DNA of 64,000 nucleotides from Eledone cirrhosa (taxonomy: Eukaryota), in assembly GCA_964016885.1 (NCBI GenBank), contig OZ024745.1, positions 112,592,001-112,656,000 of the forward strand. Reading direction: 5' to 3'. Both the position numbers and the translations under genes were made by a program. Position 1 is the stretch's first letter. Each line of letters opens with the position of its first letter. Below are positions 15,915 through 30,905 of this stretch, piece by piece. The notes under the pieces were generated by a model that saw only the letters and a list, made by a program, of their open reading frames with translations, had not been told where the DNA came from and made no database searches.

Positions 15915-16381
15915 ATAACAATTGGTTTCATGAAGTGTACAACTTTCGTTTTAGCAGTAGAATTTTAAAATCACATTGGTCATTTATAGCTTGTTCCCAG
16001 TTTCACATATAGTTTCACATATTTGTAGTTTGTTGTTAATAAAGAGGTTTTCATGTTTTTGTTTTTGTAGTATATCATTACTGGTAATTTATGGTTGGGT
16101 GTAATGCATTTTGTGATACGATTTATGAGGTTTTCGATTATGTGTTCGTCTGTCCAAATACATACTTTGTATGCATTTGATTCATATAGCATATTTTGTG
16201 TATTCTTAATAGGTGTAGTGTCGGAAGTATGTCTATATTCATAAATGGCTTGGACTATCAGTCTATTTAAATATCCGCTGTTTATTAATGTTTGCTTAAT
16301 TGTATGGATTTCTTCATCTGCTGTTATTTTTATGGAGGAGAATCTAAATGTTCTCTTAACTAGGAATTTTACTACTGACAT
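15915..16381 (-). mobile_element. Penelope-like element remnant (RT thumb/linker region)
   Basis: Peptide SVVKFLVKRTFRFSS...EEIHTIKQTLINSGY...DEHIIENLINR...IYYKNK resembles the region between RT and GIY-YIG in Penelope-like elements. Confidence 0.6.
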
Positions 16382-16989
16382 TTTATATATTTTTATTATT
16401 TACTTCTACTATTTTATTTTGCAAAGCTGATTATACAAACAGAGAAGCACACATGTGAGTTTAATATTAAAGAGGAAAAAGAGAAAAAAGAGAAAAAAGA
16501 GAAAAAAGAGAAAAAAGAGAAAAAAGAGAAAAAAAGGAAATGAAAAGAAGAAAAAGAAAAAAAAGAATTATTAACGGAAGAAAGGGGGAGCGAGAGAGAC
16601 ATATATTACATACTAGTCTGAGCGGTGTTTCAGCTGCGACCCACGGACAAAAAGGTGGGCTGCTGCCGTTCCGATTTTACGGAAGAAATCAGCAGTGCGG
16701 AGCCCAAGGGCACCAAGGGTGATCTCGACGGAGACCGGTACAAAGTGGAGGCGATCGGTTAGGCTTCGGTGTTTAACTATCTTTCTCTCCTCTGCATTGC
16801 AGGTAGCGGAGCGCAGCTTGTTTAGATATTGGTAGTCTCCACGTGTTTATTGTGAGTACAAGGGCGACAAGTATCTGTATTTTTTCCACTTTTGATGTTT
16901 AGATCAAGAAATGAGGTTACATTTTTTTTTTACTCTTCAGCAATGGTCTTGACTGTGTTAATTGGACGACAAGGTCACTTCAGAAACTC

Positions 16990-17360
16990 TCTACATTCCA
17001 GAACCACATCATGAGACTTATTCCTGGCAAGCGGCTCAGCGACCGTATCTGTATCAGTGAGCTGCTCAACATTACCAAACTTAGACCAATTACATCAATT
17101 GTCAAGTCAAGAGTACTCAAACTATACGGCCATATAAAAAGATCAACTCATGGTGTAAGTAGGTTATGCCTGGAAGGGAGGTTGGCTGGGAAGACACGCA
17201 GAGGCCGGCAGCCAAAACGATGGCTTGACAATGTCAACTTATGGACTGGACTCTATCTTTACCCTTTGAACTCTACTGCTGGTGATCGAACTTTGTGGAG
17301 AGAGATATCACATGTTAATGCGCCGTCTGCAACTGGCGGAGTTTAGCGTCACAAGAAGAA
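16990..17360 (+). mobile_element. RTE-clade LINE 3' fragment
   Basis: KSRVLKLYGHIKR...LEGRLAGKTRRGRQPKRWLDNV...DRTLWR is the typical RTE ORF2 C-terminus; short (AAG) tail. Confidence 0.85.
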
Positions 17361-17649
17361 TATGTCACGATGAATGTGAATTTTTGGGATTTTTTTAATG
17401 TTCATATGTTGTAGGACTTTAATGAGTTTAACAACAACACCATCCCATATATGTGAGCAATATATTTATATGAGTTACACATGAGACACGGCAAAGGAGA
17501 AGAGCTGAAATAATCTCTGAACTTGGTGTGGAAAACAAGATTTGAGAATGCAGGATTGATTGCTCAATGTTATCGATGTATGTGCAATGTTGCAATGTTA
17601 CCAGTAAACAGGCTAGTGAATGAGCCTCTACGTAAACAGTCGCCCTGCT

Positions 17650-17852
17650 AATAATTGTTTCTACTTTTGGCACAAGGCCAGCAATTACCCAGTACATTAC
17701 TGGTACTTTATTGTATCGACTTTATTGTACTTTTTTATATCGTAAGGATGAAAGGCAAAGTTAACCTCGGCGGGATTTGAACTCAGACCGTAAAGGGACG
17801 TAACTATGCTGGAAAGCATGGCATCCGACTCTCTACTGATACTGCCAATCCA
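17650..17852 (-). mobile_element. Major SINE with 20-bp TSD
   Basis: TSD acagtcgccctgctaataat at 17636-17655 and 17852-17871. Confidence 0.9.
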
Positions 17853-18219
17853 CAGTCGCCCTGCTAATAATAGTATTCAAATCCCCCTTCAGTAATCCCC
17901 TATCGTGTTATAAAAGGGTGAGCACATTGGTTAATGTATTCCTAGACATGTCTAAATAACAGACAGGATAGTCACAATCTGAGCTGACAGGGAATGAAAA
18001 CACGAGCACCACCTTCACTACCACCACCAATACCCCAGCAGCACCACCACCACCAGCACCACTACCATCATCATCACCAATACTACCAACACCACTACCA
18101 TCATCACCAATACCACCAACACCACTACCATCATCATCACCAATACCACCAACACCACCAGAGCTACAATCACCAGCACCACCACTAACACCAGAACCAG
18201 AACCAGAACCAGCACCACC

Positions 18220-18261
<42 letters not shown>

Positions 18262-18896
18262 AACAACGACAACAACGACAGTGACGATACACTTACAAAT
18301 TTTTACATTGGTGGAAATTAGATTTATAATGAAATTAGATTTATAATTGAATTTATTGGCGGGAAGGGCTAAAAATTGCAACCAAAGCGTACTTATTTGT
18401 CATAAAAAGTTGGCCGTAGCTGTAGCTCACGAGTTAGATCACATAAAATTGTAGAATGGTAAGATACTGGATATTATAATCCAGGTTACTCTATATTTGG
18501 AAAAAGGCGGAATAGTTAAAGCAGATGCATTTGATAAAAGGCTTGGGTACTACCGGGTTGAGCTTGGGCTAAACAATAAAAATTGAAAAACTGTATTATT
18601 GATTTCCTTTGTTGGCAACATGAGCCCAAGGTGTTGGAGACAAGACATGGGCGAAGAAATAACACAGAGTGGGATTTATATAATATAACGGAAAGGGGGC
18701 CTCAACAAAAATAAAACAGTAGATATAGCAATATCAGTAATTGTAATAAATAGTAATGGTAACAATAAAATATAACAGATGTCAACTAGGAACTGTTTAC
18801 CAATAGAAGAAGAGTGACTTTAGGATAATTATAGGGCCCCCTCCCCCCCCCTCGCAAAATCCCGGAATACGCTGTCATCTCAAGGGCGTAGAAAGT

Positions 18897-18979
<83 letters not shown>

Positions 18980-19224
18980 TTCTCTCGGCTTCTTTCCTCT
19001 AGTTTAGACAAGCATAGTTGAAGTAGACCCATTTAACTCATCAATCTCATCACTCACCTCCATCTTTCATAAAACACACTAGAAGGAAGTATCTCCATCT
19101 CTATCATCACCTTCTTTAAGTATTATTTGAAGAAGGTAATGAGAATTTGGCTTCACTGAAGATTGCTGTTGTCAAAACGTTTTGACGTATCCGCAAAGCA
19201 GAAGAAGACTTAATGCGTTCTATC

Positions 19225-19560
19225 TAAAGGAAACCTTTACTATAGATCCATTTGATAGCTGGATCTATCCTACACGTGACTACAGTTGTTCGACACAAGC
19301 ACATAAATCTGCAATGCACGGACACTGAACGATAGTATGTAGAGCGGTGTCGTGACCCTATTAGCATTTCTGGCAGATTCGGCTGTTGGTATATCCGAAC
19401 CCGTAGAACTTGTATTGAACTGATAGCGCCCCTGTCCCCCACAATACTGCCATGTCTAGAACTTTTAGTAATTGTCCATAATCTCGGACTTAAAAGTCCC
19501 CCAAACGTTTCTGCTCGCGTCCATGTCATCATCGCTCAAATCATACCTTTCACTAAATAT
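19225..19560 (-). mobile_element. Decayed L1/Tx1-like ORF2 C-terminal (zinc-binding) remnant
   Basis: Manual - strand translation gives GALSVQYKFYG...ICQKC**GHDTALHTIVQCPCI, a CxxC...HxxxxC motif with stops. Confidence 0.55.
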
Positions 19561-20022
19561 CTATAAAACGCCAGCATTGCTTTTTCAACTGCCAACCTGG
19601 TTGTACAGCTGGTAAAATTCAACAAGCGCCCGGCAGCTCTCTAGATGACAATAATAGCAACAAAAATAGCCGCAACAAAAACAACAAAAGCAAGAGATAT
19701 ATGCAAACGACGAGACATTGAAGATTTACCAGTACGTTGGACAAAATGCCTCGTAGTATTTATTATTCCGCTCAAGTTACGCAGACATTTTCATCTCACT
19801 GTCTTCTATTGGAGACTCAGTGAACCATTGGTTTCTGGAAATGCATAACCAGCGACGCTATTGTTCACAAAATGCCTGATATAACAATTAACAATAAATA
19901 TATATAAAACTAATTCCAAAAAAAGAAGCAACAAGAATTTAGAACAATAACAGAATTAATGAATCAAAACATGTAGCATGATAACATTCATGACATTATT
20001 ATGAAAACTGAACAATATGGCA

Positions 20023-20108
<86 letters not shown>

Positions 20109-20151
20109 TATATATAATATATGTATATATAATTTATATATATATATATAT

Positions 20152-20229
<78 letters not shown>

Positions 20230-20230
20230 T

Positions 20231-20296
<66 letters not shown>

Positions 20297-20297
20297 T

Positions 20298-20363
<66 letters not shown>

Positions 20364-20424
20364 ATTATATATATTATATATATTATATATATTATATATA
20401 TATTTATATATATATAATATATAT

Positions 20425-20583
<159 letters not shown>

Positions 20584-20594
20584 TATATATATAT

Positions 20595-20638
<44 letters not shown>

Positions 20639-20668
20639 ATATATATATATATATAAATATATAATATA

Positions 20669-20724
<56 letters not shown>

Positions 20725-21195
20725 CAGTATATAGAACAAAATAACATCGTAATAGATATACAAACAAATCAAAGAAGAACAAAAAAGAAAATGAAAACGA
20801 AAACAAACATCAAAAGAATAACAACAACAAATCGATAAAAAGAGTAAGAACAATAACAACAACCTTAACAGTTAGATGTAGAATGATGAGTGTTGTCAGT
20901 TTAATAACATAGGCAACAATCTATTATTGATTTTTCGCTCGGGACTGCATTTTCTGAGTGTATGTCCATTTGCTCTATGCACGCACACACACACACACAC
21001 AGACACATACACACACATATATATACATATATATATGTATATACAGATGCATGCACACTCACGGGTATACATGTGCGTGTTAATGTGTTCCACTACGCAT
21101 GTATATATATATGTGTGTGTGCACATGTGTGTTTGTGTTTGTGTGATTGAATATATAAATAAATGTAAATCTATATGCGTATATATGTATGTATG

Positions 21196-21243
<48 letters not shown>

Positions 21244-21302
21244 TATATATATGGATATATATATATATGCATGTATATATGGATATATATATGCATATAT
21301 AT

Positions 21303-21380
<78 letters not shown>

Positions 21381-21477
21381 ATATATATATGCATATATAT
21401 CCATATATATATATATATCCATATATATATGCATATATATCCATATATATATATATATATATTCATATATATATGCA

Positions 21478-21632
<155 letters not shown>

Positions 21633-22066
21633 GGGCATGCAGTATATCCATATCCGCAGATAAAAAGTCAACGAAAAGAATGCTCAATCTATTGCAAGTA
21701 ACCTTATTTAGTATATTTAAAGTTTCTCACATTTAACATGTATGCGTGACCTTAGGTTTCGGGGCCCAGTTATGGCCGTTTTGAAACTGCTCCTCCACTA
21801 TATAGTGATGGACATAATTCTAAAGTTTCACTTCCGCACTCACAAAATCATCTATTACGGTACTGAGCACTCCTTCATGTTTATTTTATTTTATTTTATT
21901 TTGTTTTATTTTATTTTATATATTATTTTATTTTATTTTATTTTATTTTATTTTATTTTATTTTATTTTATTTTATGTTATTTTGTATTTTATCTTATTG
22001 TATATTTGATTTGATTTCATTAGTATATTTTACTTTATTTTATTTTAGTTTTTATATTTTATTCTA

Positions 22067-22400
22067 TACTAGCAGTGGTACCTGGCGTTGCACGGGATAA
22101 TGTATTTTGGAACGCGGGCCGCCAACAGACCTAATCGTGGAAAAACTGCATGCGTGGACAATATGTAAAGAAAATAAACCCAATACTCTGATGGCTGGAT
22201 AATCTTTAAGATTTTCCTCGATGAAGCAAGAAAAGTGCAGGCTTTCACCTAATGCGGGTCCTAGGCCATAAAAAAGTTGGATTTTCTTTGCTCACGGTAT
22301 GAAGAAGAGACTGACTAATACATAGTTACAATTTCAAGGAAATTAGTCTGACGTAACGACTCAAAAAACCCTAAAAACCTGAAAAAACGCAGTTTATATT
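22067..22400 (-). mobile_element. Non-autonomous Helitron-like element (3' end)
   Basis: tactagcagtggtacctggcgttgcacggg is a hairpin plus CTAG terminus on the - strand; internal similarity to ~38005-38110. Confidence 0.55.
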
Positions 22401-22737
22401 TCATTTTATATTCTATTTTAAATTGTATATTTTGTTTGTTTTTGTATTTCATATTATATTTTATATTTCATATTTTATTTTATTTTGCACTAAGTTACGA
22501 CTGAGCCACCAGGATACCTACAGAATGGCATGCCCAAACTAAATATTAACATATCAAATTTAAACAGGAAATATAAAATAATATGAAATAATATAAAATA
22601 TGAAATATAAAATAAAATATAAAATAAATTGTAGACTACAAGGGCGGTGCACCAGCATGGCTTCAGCCGGATAGCTGGAACAGGTAAAAGAGTAAAAGAG
22701 TATAGTAGAATATAAATTAAAATATGAAGTAAAATAA

Positions 22738-22912
22738 AATTGTTTCTACTATAGGCACAAGGCCAGCAATTATCCATGTGCATTACTCGTACTTTATTTT
22801 ATCGACCCCGTAAGGATGAAAGGCAAAGTTAACCTCGGTGGGATTTGAACTCGTAACTCTATGCTGGAAGGCATGGCGTCCGATCCTCTACCGATACAGC
22901 CAAACCACCGTC
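22738..22912 (-). mobile_element. Major SINE copy
   Basis: Matches the family consensus (ggcacaaggccagcaatt...atcgaccccgtaaggatgaaaggcaaag). Confidence 0.85.
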
Positions 22913-23014
22913 CTTATATTATAAAATAAAATAAAATAAAATAAAATAAAATATAAAATATATAATATGAAATAAAATACAAAACATATATAAAATAAAA
23001 TATAAAATAAAATC

Positions 23015-23912
23015 AACATTTGGGTTCTCGCTAAACTTTTTCCAGGTTTTTCTAAGAGATGTAAAACGAAAACTTCTAAAGATTAATAACACACCCTCAG
23101 CCCAGGAGATGTACCAGTTCTAATCCATCCCACTCGGCCAAAGTGACAACCACAATAATCTTACTGAAATTTAATACTTATAAACCTACTTTCAAATATC
23201 AAAATCGAAAATGATCTGGAAAGAGTTTAGTGAGAACCCCAATGTCTATTTTATTTTACAAAAGGAACAATAACATTAAGAAAGGCATGAACGAAACCAG
23301 ATCATTTTGGATTTCGATTTTGAAAGTAGGTTTATAATTATTAAATTTTAATGTTTTTTTGTGGCCGTCTCTGTGGGCGAGTGGGATGTCTTAAAGTTGG
23401 AGGATATCGTGGTGTGTGTGGTTCAATCCGGGCCAGGAGTTACATTTACGATGTCCTATTTTTAATTTTACATCTCTTAGAAAAACCTCGGAACCCAATG
23501 TGTATTTTTTTTTATTTCATATTTTATTTAATTTATATTTAATTTTATATTATATTTTATATAATATTGTGTATTTTATTTAATATATCATATTTTATTT
23601 TATTTTATTTTATTATATTTTATATTTTAGGTTTAAATTTGATATTCTAATACTTTATTATTGAGTTACCATTCTGTAGGTGTCCTGGTGGCTCAGTTAC
23701 AGCTGATATGGTGTAGTTACAGGTTCAATGTTTAGCTGAGATTGTAGATTACCTCTTATTTAATTATTATTTTAACAAATTATATATATAACGCCAGTCA
23801 TTGTAAGTTCTAATCTGACATACAGTCATATATATATGAATATGAGAAGACCAAATGATAGTAAATTGAAATATCATATACGCTTGCAGAGATAGAGAGA
23901 TTAGAGAGAGGT

Positions 23913-23949
<37 letters not shown>

Positions 23950-24322
23950 AATGAGGTGTTAGAAATATGAAACATGAATTATTGTTTCAAATAAAGACTA
24001 TGTAAAGTAGAAACAAAGTGAGGATGTAGTTTACGGGAGACCCAGATGTTATAGAAGTAAACCCTAAAAAGGAACAATAACATTAAGAAAGGCATGAACG
24101 AAACCAAATCTTTTTGGATTTCGATTTTGAAAGTAGGTTCATAAGTATTAAATTTCAGTAGGCTACTGTGGCTCTCTTGGTGGGCTAGTGGGATGTTTTA
24201 GAGTTGGTGGAGATCTTGGTTTGAAGTTCTATCTTATTTAGGGTGTCTTATTAATAATTTTAAAATTTCCTATTACATCTCTCAGAAAAACCTGGAAAAA
24301 TTTTAGTGAGAACCCCAATGTA
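23015..24322. repeat. Three copies of a ~240-bp unclassified repeat (23015-23245 +, 23259-23500 -, 24067-24322 -)
   Basis: Shared gaaagtaggtt(t/c)ataa, tacatctc..agaaaaacct and gaacccc?aatgt; the first copy has a terminal inverted duplication. Confidence 0.75.
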
Positions 24323-24811
24323 TATTTTTTATTTAATTTAATATATCTTTTTTGTATTTTATTTTATATCTTATGAATTAGTATTGGTGCTCTGAAATAG
24401 CGATGTATGTATGAATGTACCAATAGTATATTTGATAATATACTGTATGCTTATTTAAAAACATTTTGAACACCATTCGCTATGTGTTTGGTCTCGATTC
24501 TGAAACTATGATTATAAGTATTTATTTCCAGTAGATTTTCGTAGCTGTCTCGATGGCTTTGTGTTTGTATTAGAGACGATGGAGGTTCTTCGATGTGCTT
24601 CAATCCTGGAGAGGAGATACATGTAGGAAATCCTGTTATATTTTGTTTTATTTTATTTCATATTTCATATTTTATTTTTTTATATTTTTTTATATTTTAT
24701 TTTATTTTATTTTATTTTATTTTATTTTATTTTATTTTATTTTATTTTATTTTATTTTATTTTATTTTATTCTATATTTTATTTTGTGTGTTATTTTATC
24801 TTATATTTTAT

Positions 24812-24875
24812 TATACTCTTTTACTCTTTTACCTGTTCCAGCCATCCGGCTGAGGCCATGCTGAGGCACCGCCCT
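24812..24875. mobile_element. Fragment of a second SINE-like family (inverse copy at 22641-22702)
   Basis: tactcttttactcttttacctgttccagc...gccatgctg...gcaccgccc occurs on opposite strands at the two sites. Confidence 0.65.
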
Positions 24876-27049
24876 GAAAAACAGAATCTCGCGAGACGTT
24901 TATTTTAATTTTATTTTGTTTTAGTTTAATTGCGGTCGGCTGTTTTCACGATCGTATTTTTTCGGGCATTACCCAAGATTAATGGCCACGAGTGAGGTTT
25001 GGCTCGACTACCAAATTGAAGATAGCGAGTTGCGCTTTTAAACTTATCTCCATTCTCCTGCCGAAGCTGATGCATTACTGACCTTGCTCTCGAAGCTCAG
25101 AGTGACACTCGAAGTAGAGTTGCTACTTATCCGAATTGAGATACCACAGTTCTGATACTATGAGCATGTGGTTAGAATGTCTCAGTAAATAACCGCTGGA
25201 CAGATTTTAGGTGAAAACCATCGAGCAGGAGACTTAGGAGTAGACCCCGAGTAAAATTGTTGGATAACATCCATGAGCCTTGCTTGTCTCACTTGGGAAT
25301 CTAGCTGGAGAAAGTTGCTTCTGTCAGGACACGCCGGAAGCAGTGTTTAAGGGCTCTGACCGCAGGAATAATTGGGCAAAGAAGAAGAGTATGATGGTGA
25401 TATTGATGACGTATTCGTTGGTATGGAAACGTTGATGTAGAAACGTTGGCGTGGAAACGTTGGTGAGGTAGATGTTAAGTCAAGTTTCAATTTTGTATTT
25501 TAAGAACAGTGGTTTACAACTTGTTTGACTAACAACTTGCAGCTGTAAAATGGCAGCGCTTATGGCAAGACAAAATGCACGCAATCCAGTCTGTGAAGTG
25601 GCAATGCTGATACCATGATAAAAATAAAACACCTAGTTCACTATGTAATGTGATAGTGCTGGTGACACTATAAAATGTTCCAAGTACATGCTGAGAAGTG
25701 GTTGGCTTTAGCATTGGTTTCCAGCCGTGGGAACAACGGACATGACAGTCCGTACAATCCATACATGTGTGGGAAAATGTAAAAAAAATGATGATAATTA
25801 TAGAAATGTGTGTGTATCTTGTTTGTTATAAAATTTTGTGGTTGGTTGTGTGTAGCTCCGGGTCAACTCTGATGCAATTAATCGACTGAAGGATGAGGGG
25901 TGACCCAAACATCCATCTTCCCAATCACACGATATCTATTGTCTATATACACTGACATGCAGTGATGATTCGTATGAGTTATAGTGTAACAATCTAAGTA
26001 TATTGCACTATCTCCACTATTCCTGCATTCGGTAGATTCTGGCAGGCCCAGTAAAGCCAGTTAACGTGGACTCAGTCAGAGTATGTAACTCCTAAATTTT
26101 AGTTTTCTTTGTGTTATATTTATGTTGTTTAGTGTTATCGTTAGCTACATTTGAAGTTCTCTGATGTTGCTGGTAAGAAGAAATTAATTTTTAACTCAAT
26201 AGGACTTCAATTATGAATAAAACATAACTGAAGACATTTAGTCTGATGCTCCACTGCTTCTGCCATTCATCTCCCTATAATATCAACTGTAATTACTTTT
26301 AGCATCGATACAAGGCCACCATTTTTGCAATAGTGGTTGGCGTCGAATTAAGTTGAATTCAGTAGTTCACTGGTACTTTATTTTATCGACCCTGGAATGA
26401 CGAGATACAAAGTTTGCGGAACTATGAACTTACAGAAACATAAGTAATGTAAACTCCTGTATATACTATTCTTGCGACTCTACCACTACACAATGTCAAA
26501 AACAATAGAACAAAAATTTGAATTATATTAATGGAAAACATGAGGAGAATGAGAGGTAGAAGAGGAAAATAACAACAATTACAACAACAGAAATAACAAC
26601 CTACATTTCATGAACAACTTAGATTATTTTATTAAGGTGTAAAAATTTGATTTCTATGATTTCCAGAAGTTCTTGACATTTTTTCAATTGTTTTACACGT
26701 AAATTACAGGTGAGATATTCGTTTAGTTTTTCCATTTCTTGCATGCTTTTCTCTTTTATTTATTTCTTTTGTCTGTTCTTACTTGTGTCTTTTTCATTTT
26801 TATTTATACTATTTTATTTGGAAAATTTTGTATAGATGATTAAATTTAAATTCTTGACTTTCTTTTCCTTTTCACTTTCTCTAATGATGATATTAACCGC
26901 TACAGTCAGTTCAAATATAACGTCTGTGTTAACGGTTTATTAATAAGGCTGTACGTTTATCATGTCTTGTGTGATTGTTACAATGATGTGTCAGTACCAA
27001 GGTATTGTTTCCTTGGTCATTTTCAGTTTCCTCCGATGAAGCAAATATA

Positions 27050-27227
27050 GAATTTCTACTTTTGGCACAAGGCCAGCAATTACCCCAGTGCATCACTGTT
27101 ACTTTATTTTATCGACCCCGTAAGGATGAACGGCAAAGTTAACCTCGGCGGATTTGAACTCAGAACATAAAGGGCCATAACTATACTGCAAAGCATGGTG
27201 TCTGATGCTTTACCGATAGTGCCAAAC
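27050..27227 (-). mobile_element. Major SINE with 17-bp TSD
   Basis: TSD ccgatgaagcaaatata at 27033-27049 and 27227-27243. Confidence 0.9.
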
Positions 27228-27430
27228 CGATGAAGCAAATATAAACAAAAATAATAATTAATCCTTGAGTAAAATATCAAATTATAATACTTTCATATAT
27301 ATAAAAATTATTTATATTTATTATTGATCGTATTGAACAAGTTTTGGTTTTTAATTTTTTTTTTTTTTTTTTGGTATTTTCATTTCTTTTTTTTTTTTGT
27401 TATTTCGTTTTGTTCCATTAAAGAGCGGAA

Positions 27431-29595
27431 GGAAACTAGCGGAGGTGCTGATGGTCTCCGACCAGGCCACCTCAAGGAGTTCCTACCCACCCACCCACCC
27501 TCCGCTGAGGTCGGGCGCCGCCTTCTGAGTGCAATTGTGGGGCTCACCAATAGGCTCATCCATGGCACCCTGGACACTCACGCCCGAGGCCTCTTTTTGT
27601 CGGCTTGCCTCACCGCTCTCAGGAAGAAAGAGGGTGGCATACGCCCCATCGCTGTGGGCAATGTCTTCCGGAGGCTGGCTGCTAAGGTGGTCTGCAGGTC
27701 CATAACACCCGAACTGGGTGAGGAGTTCATTCCGGTGCAACTGGGTGTCGGCGTGTCCGGTGGCTGTGAGGGGGCCGCACATGCAACCAGGCAGTTGTTC
27801 AACAGCTGCCCACTGGAACCAGCATCCAGGGACTCCAGGCACCTCATTCTCAAGCTTGACATGAGGAATGCCTTCAACTGCTTACGCCGGGAACATCTGC
27901 TTGATGCCTGCCTCAGCCGAGCCCCTCTGCCTACCCGCTGGCCTACCTGTCATATGGAGCCCCGAGCATGCTCCTTGCTACTGATACGGTCATACCTTCG
28001 GCCACTGGGGTCCAACAGGGCGACACTTTGGGACCCCTCCTGTTTGCCTTTGGTATAGACCGCATCGCCCGGAGTATCACGGCCTCTCTCAACGTTTGGT
28101 ATCTGGATGATGCTACGTTGGGCGGGCCCGTACAGACTGTCTGCCATGACCTACAATCGGTGGTTCCTGCCCTGGTGGGAATCGGCCTCCAGGTCAGCTC
28201 GGCCAAGTCGAAGGTGGTGAATGTCAGCCACGATGCTGAGAGCTTTGCAGCCTCCGTCTTGGACGGTGACCCCCAAAGAGGATGTCCTCATCCTCGGGTC
28301 ACCGATCCAACCGCCGGCCATCCGCTCCACCATCAGGTCCAGGCTTCAACAACTCCAGACTCTCACGAGCCGACTGGGCTTGATCGACAGCCACCCAGCT
28401 CTCTTTCTGTTGAGGAACTGCTTCGCCATGCCGAAGCTCCTCTATACCCTTCGCAGTGCTCCGTGCTACACCCACACATCTTTCCTCGCTGACCTCGATA
28501 CTTGTATCCGAGCAGCAGCCGAGGAGATATACAACATCAAGTTTGACGACTTTGGATGGCAACAGGCCACTTTACCTGTCAGGTATGGCGGTCTTGGCCT
28601 CCGGTCCCTGATCTCAATGGCTTTGCCGGCGTATCTTTCGTCGGTAACCTCGTTCCGCATCCTCGTCAGCAGAGTTCTTCAAAACACAATAGAACCCTCT
28701 GTGTTCAGAGAACGTGCGGCCGCCTTTGAGACGTGGAACCGGCTGGGACTTAGCCCAGTCGACGTCCCTCCTCCTTCTACCCCTGTTGACGTCATGTTCC
28801 CCCAAAGCGCTTGGGATGCCATCCAGTGTAGCCTGGCCTCAGACAGGCTCACATGCCAGCTCGACCAGCACCGCCTTGCCTATTTTCGCGCGGCCTCCAA
28901 GCCCCACAGTGGTGCCTGGCTCCATGTCTTACCCTCCTTCTCCACTGGCACGCCGCTAGACAACAATAGCCTGCGCATCGGCGTTTCCCTGAGGCTCAGC
29001 CTCCGGATCTGCGAGCAACACCAATGTCGCTGCGGTTCTACCGTGGACTCTTTCGGCCTCCACCCGCTTTCCTGACGCCACAGTGTCGGCCGCATTCGAC
29101 GCCATGCTGCCCTCAACGAGGTCATTAAGCGTGGCTTGGACGCTGCAGTCTTCCCTTCCCAGCGCTAGCCGGTGGGGCTGGATCGAGGGGACGGCAAAAG
29201 GCCAGATGGCATGATCATCTTCCCGTTCCGCGGTGGCAAACCCCTCGTCTGGGATGCCACTTGCACCGATACTTTCTGCAGCCGCAACATGTTGCAGTCT
29301 GCGACTGACCCAGATTCTGCTGCACGTCGGGCTGAGGGGGGCCAAACTCCTCAAATACCGGTCGCTCTCCGACAGGTTTGCGGTCGTACCCCTGGCATTG
29401 GAGACTTCTGGTGTCCTCAGTCCCAGGGCTACCTCCTTACTCACCACCATAGGGGCTGAGCTGGCCAGCCGCAGGTGTAAGCCCCGCGAGTTGGAGTGGC
29501 TCTACCAGCGCGTCTCACTCGCCGTCCTCCGGGGAAACACCTTCTCCATTCTGTCCGCCGGGGCTGTGGGTGGGCCCCATCGCGTACCGTTGTAG
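27431..29595 (+). pseudogene. 5'-truncated CRE-clade (CRE/Cnl1-like) non-LTR retrotransposon ORF: RT, CCHC knuckle, restriction-like endonuclease
   Basis: Motifs across frames: GGIRPIAVGNVFRRL, QLGVG, LDMRNAFN, GVQQGDTLGPLLF, YLDD (28100-28111), GGLGL, CRC...HPLS* (TGA 29073-29075), RPDG...WDATC, PLALETSG. About 3 frameshifts and 2 stops. Confidence 0.88.
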
Positions 29596-30610
29596 TTGTT
29601 GTAGAAGAAATGGGTTCCACTTGTATATTGTATATATATATTTTTTTTAATTAACCTAGCTATCCTGGGAACCACCACCAACACCACACCCTCCACCACA
29701 ACCGTATGAAAGAACTAGACACTTCCTATGAGCCGGCGTTAACCAATAACAAGGGAAGTTTTGGTTGGTTACTTCCTACAGCGTCGATTTACTCAGCGAG
29801 GCTAAATATGTTTATTAAACAAGAAAGCAATATGCTATAAAATCAATGTTATAATAAAATCAATGTTATAATGTTATAATACTTAAACGAAGCTAAGTGT
29901 TAACCTTTACTAAAGCAACACTGAAAATTTCCATTTTCGGTTTACCATTCTGAAATTAGACAATTCCATGGACTGGTAATACTATTTTCATTTTGATGGA
30001 CACGAAATCCCACATTTTTAAAGTAGAAGGAAAATAATTGAATATTGTTACGTTAAAATCTTTATTCAGGATATAAGCGACATATCTTCAAATTGTGATC
30101 CGACGTTGAGTTAATCATTAAATATCTCATCTTCCAGCCACACACTTTTATACTTCAATCTGTTTTTTTTTGTTTTTTTTCTCATTTGACTTTTAGCCAA
30201 AACGGGCAACCACTAGTCATCTGGAATTTTGTTGATTATATTGAATTAATGTTGACGTTTCACTGATACTGAGCTTGTAGGGGAAAAAAGGTCAAGCGTG
30301 AATTTCGTGAATGTGCTCTTGACCTTATCTGATATTCAAACGATTTCTGCTAAAGTTGGGATTGTATTGATAACAGAGAAAAAGAAAGATAGATAGAAGG
30401 AGATACAATAAGAGAGGTGGAGAGAGAGGAAAAAGGGGGAAGGAAGAGAGAGTAGAAACTAACAAATAAAAGGTAAGAAGATGATGGATGAGAGAGTCAG
30501 AGATTACATTGATACACATTAACACACTCACATACATACACATAGAGACATATAAACACACACACACATGCACACACAAACAGACACATATGTATATATA
30601 TGTTTATACA

Positions 30611-30755
<145 letters not shown>

Positions 30756-30758
30756 ATT

Positions 30759-30857
<99 letters not shown>

Positions 30858-30860
30858 ATT

Positions 30861-30905
<45 letters not shown>

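Noticed and set aside
19398-19407. aacccgtaga, like the 5' part of miR-100
   Set aside because: Only 10 nt match, no precursor hairpin, and inside a LINE remnant.
20883-20956. C/D box snoRNA (ATGATGA...CTGA)
   Set aside because: No terminal stem or recognisable guide; motifs expected by chance.
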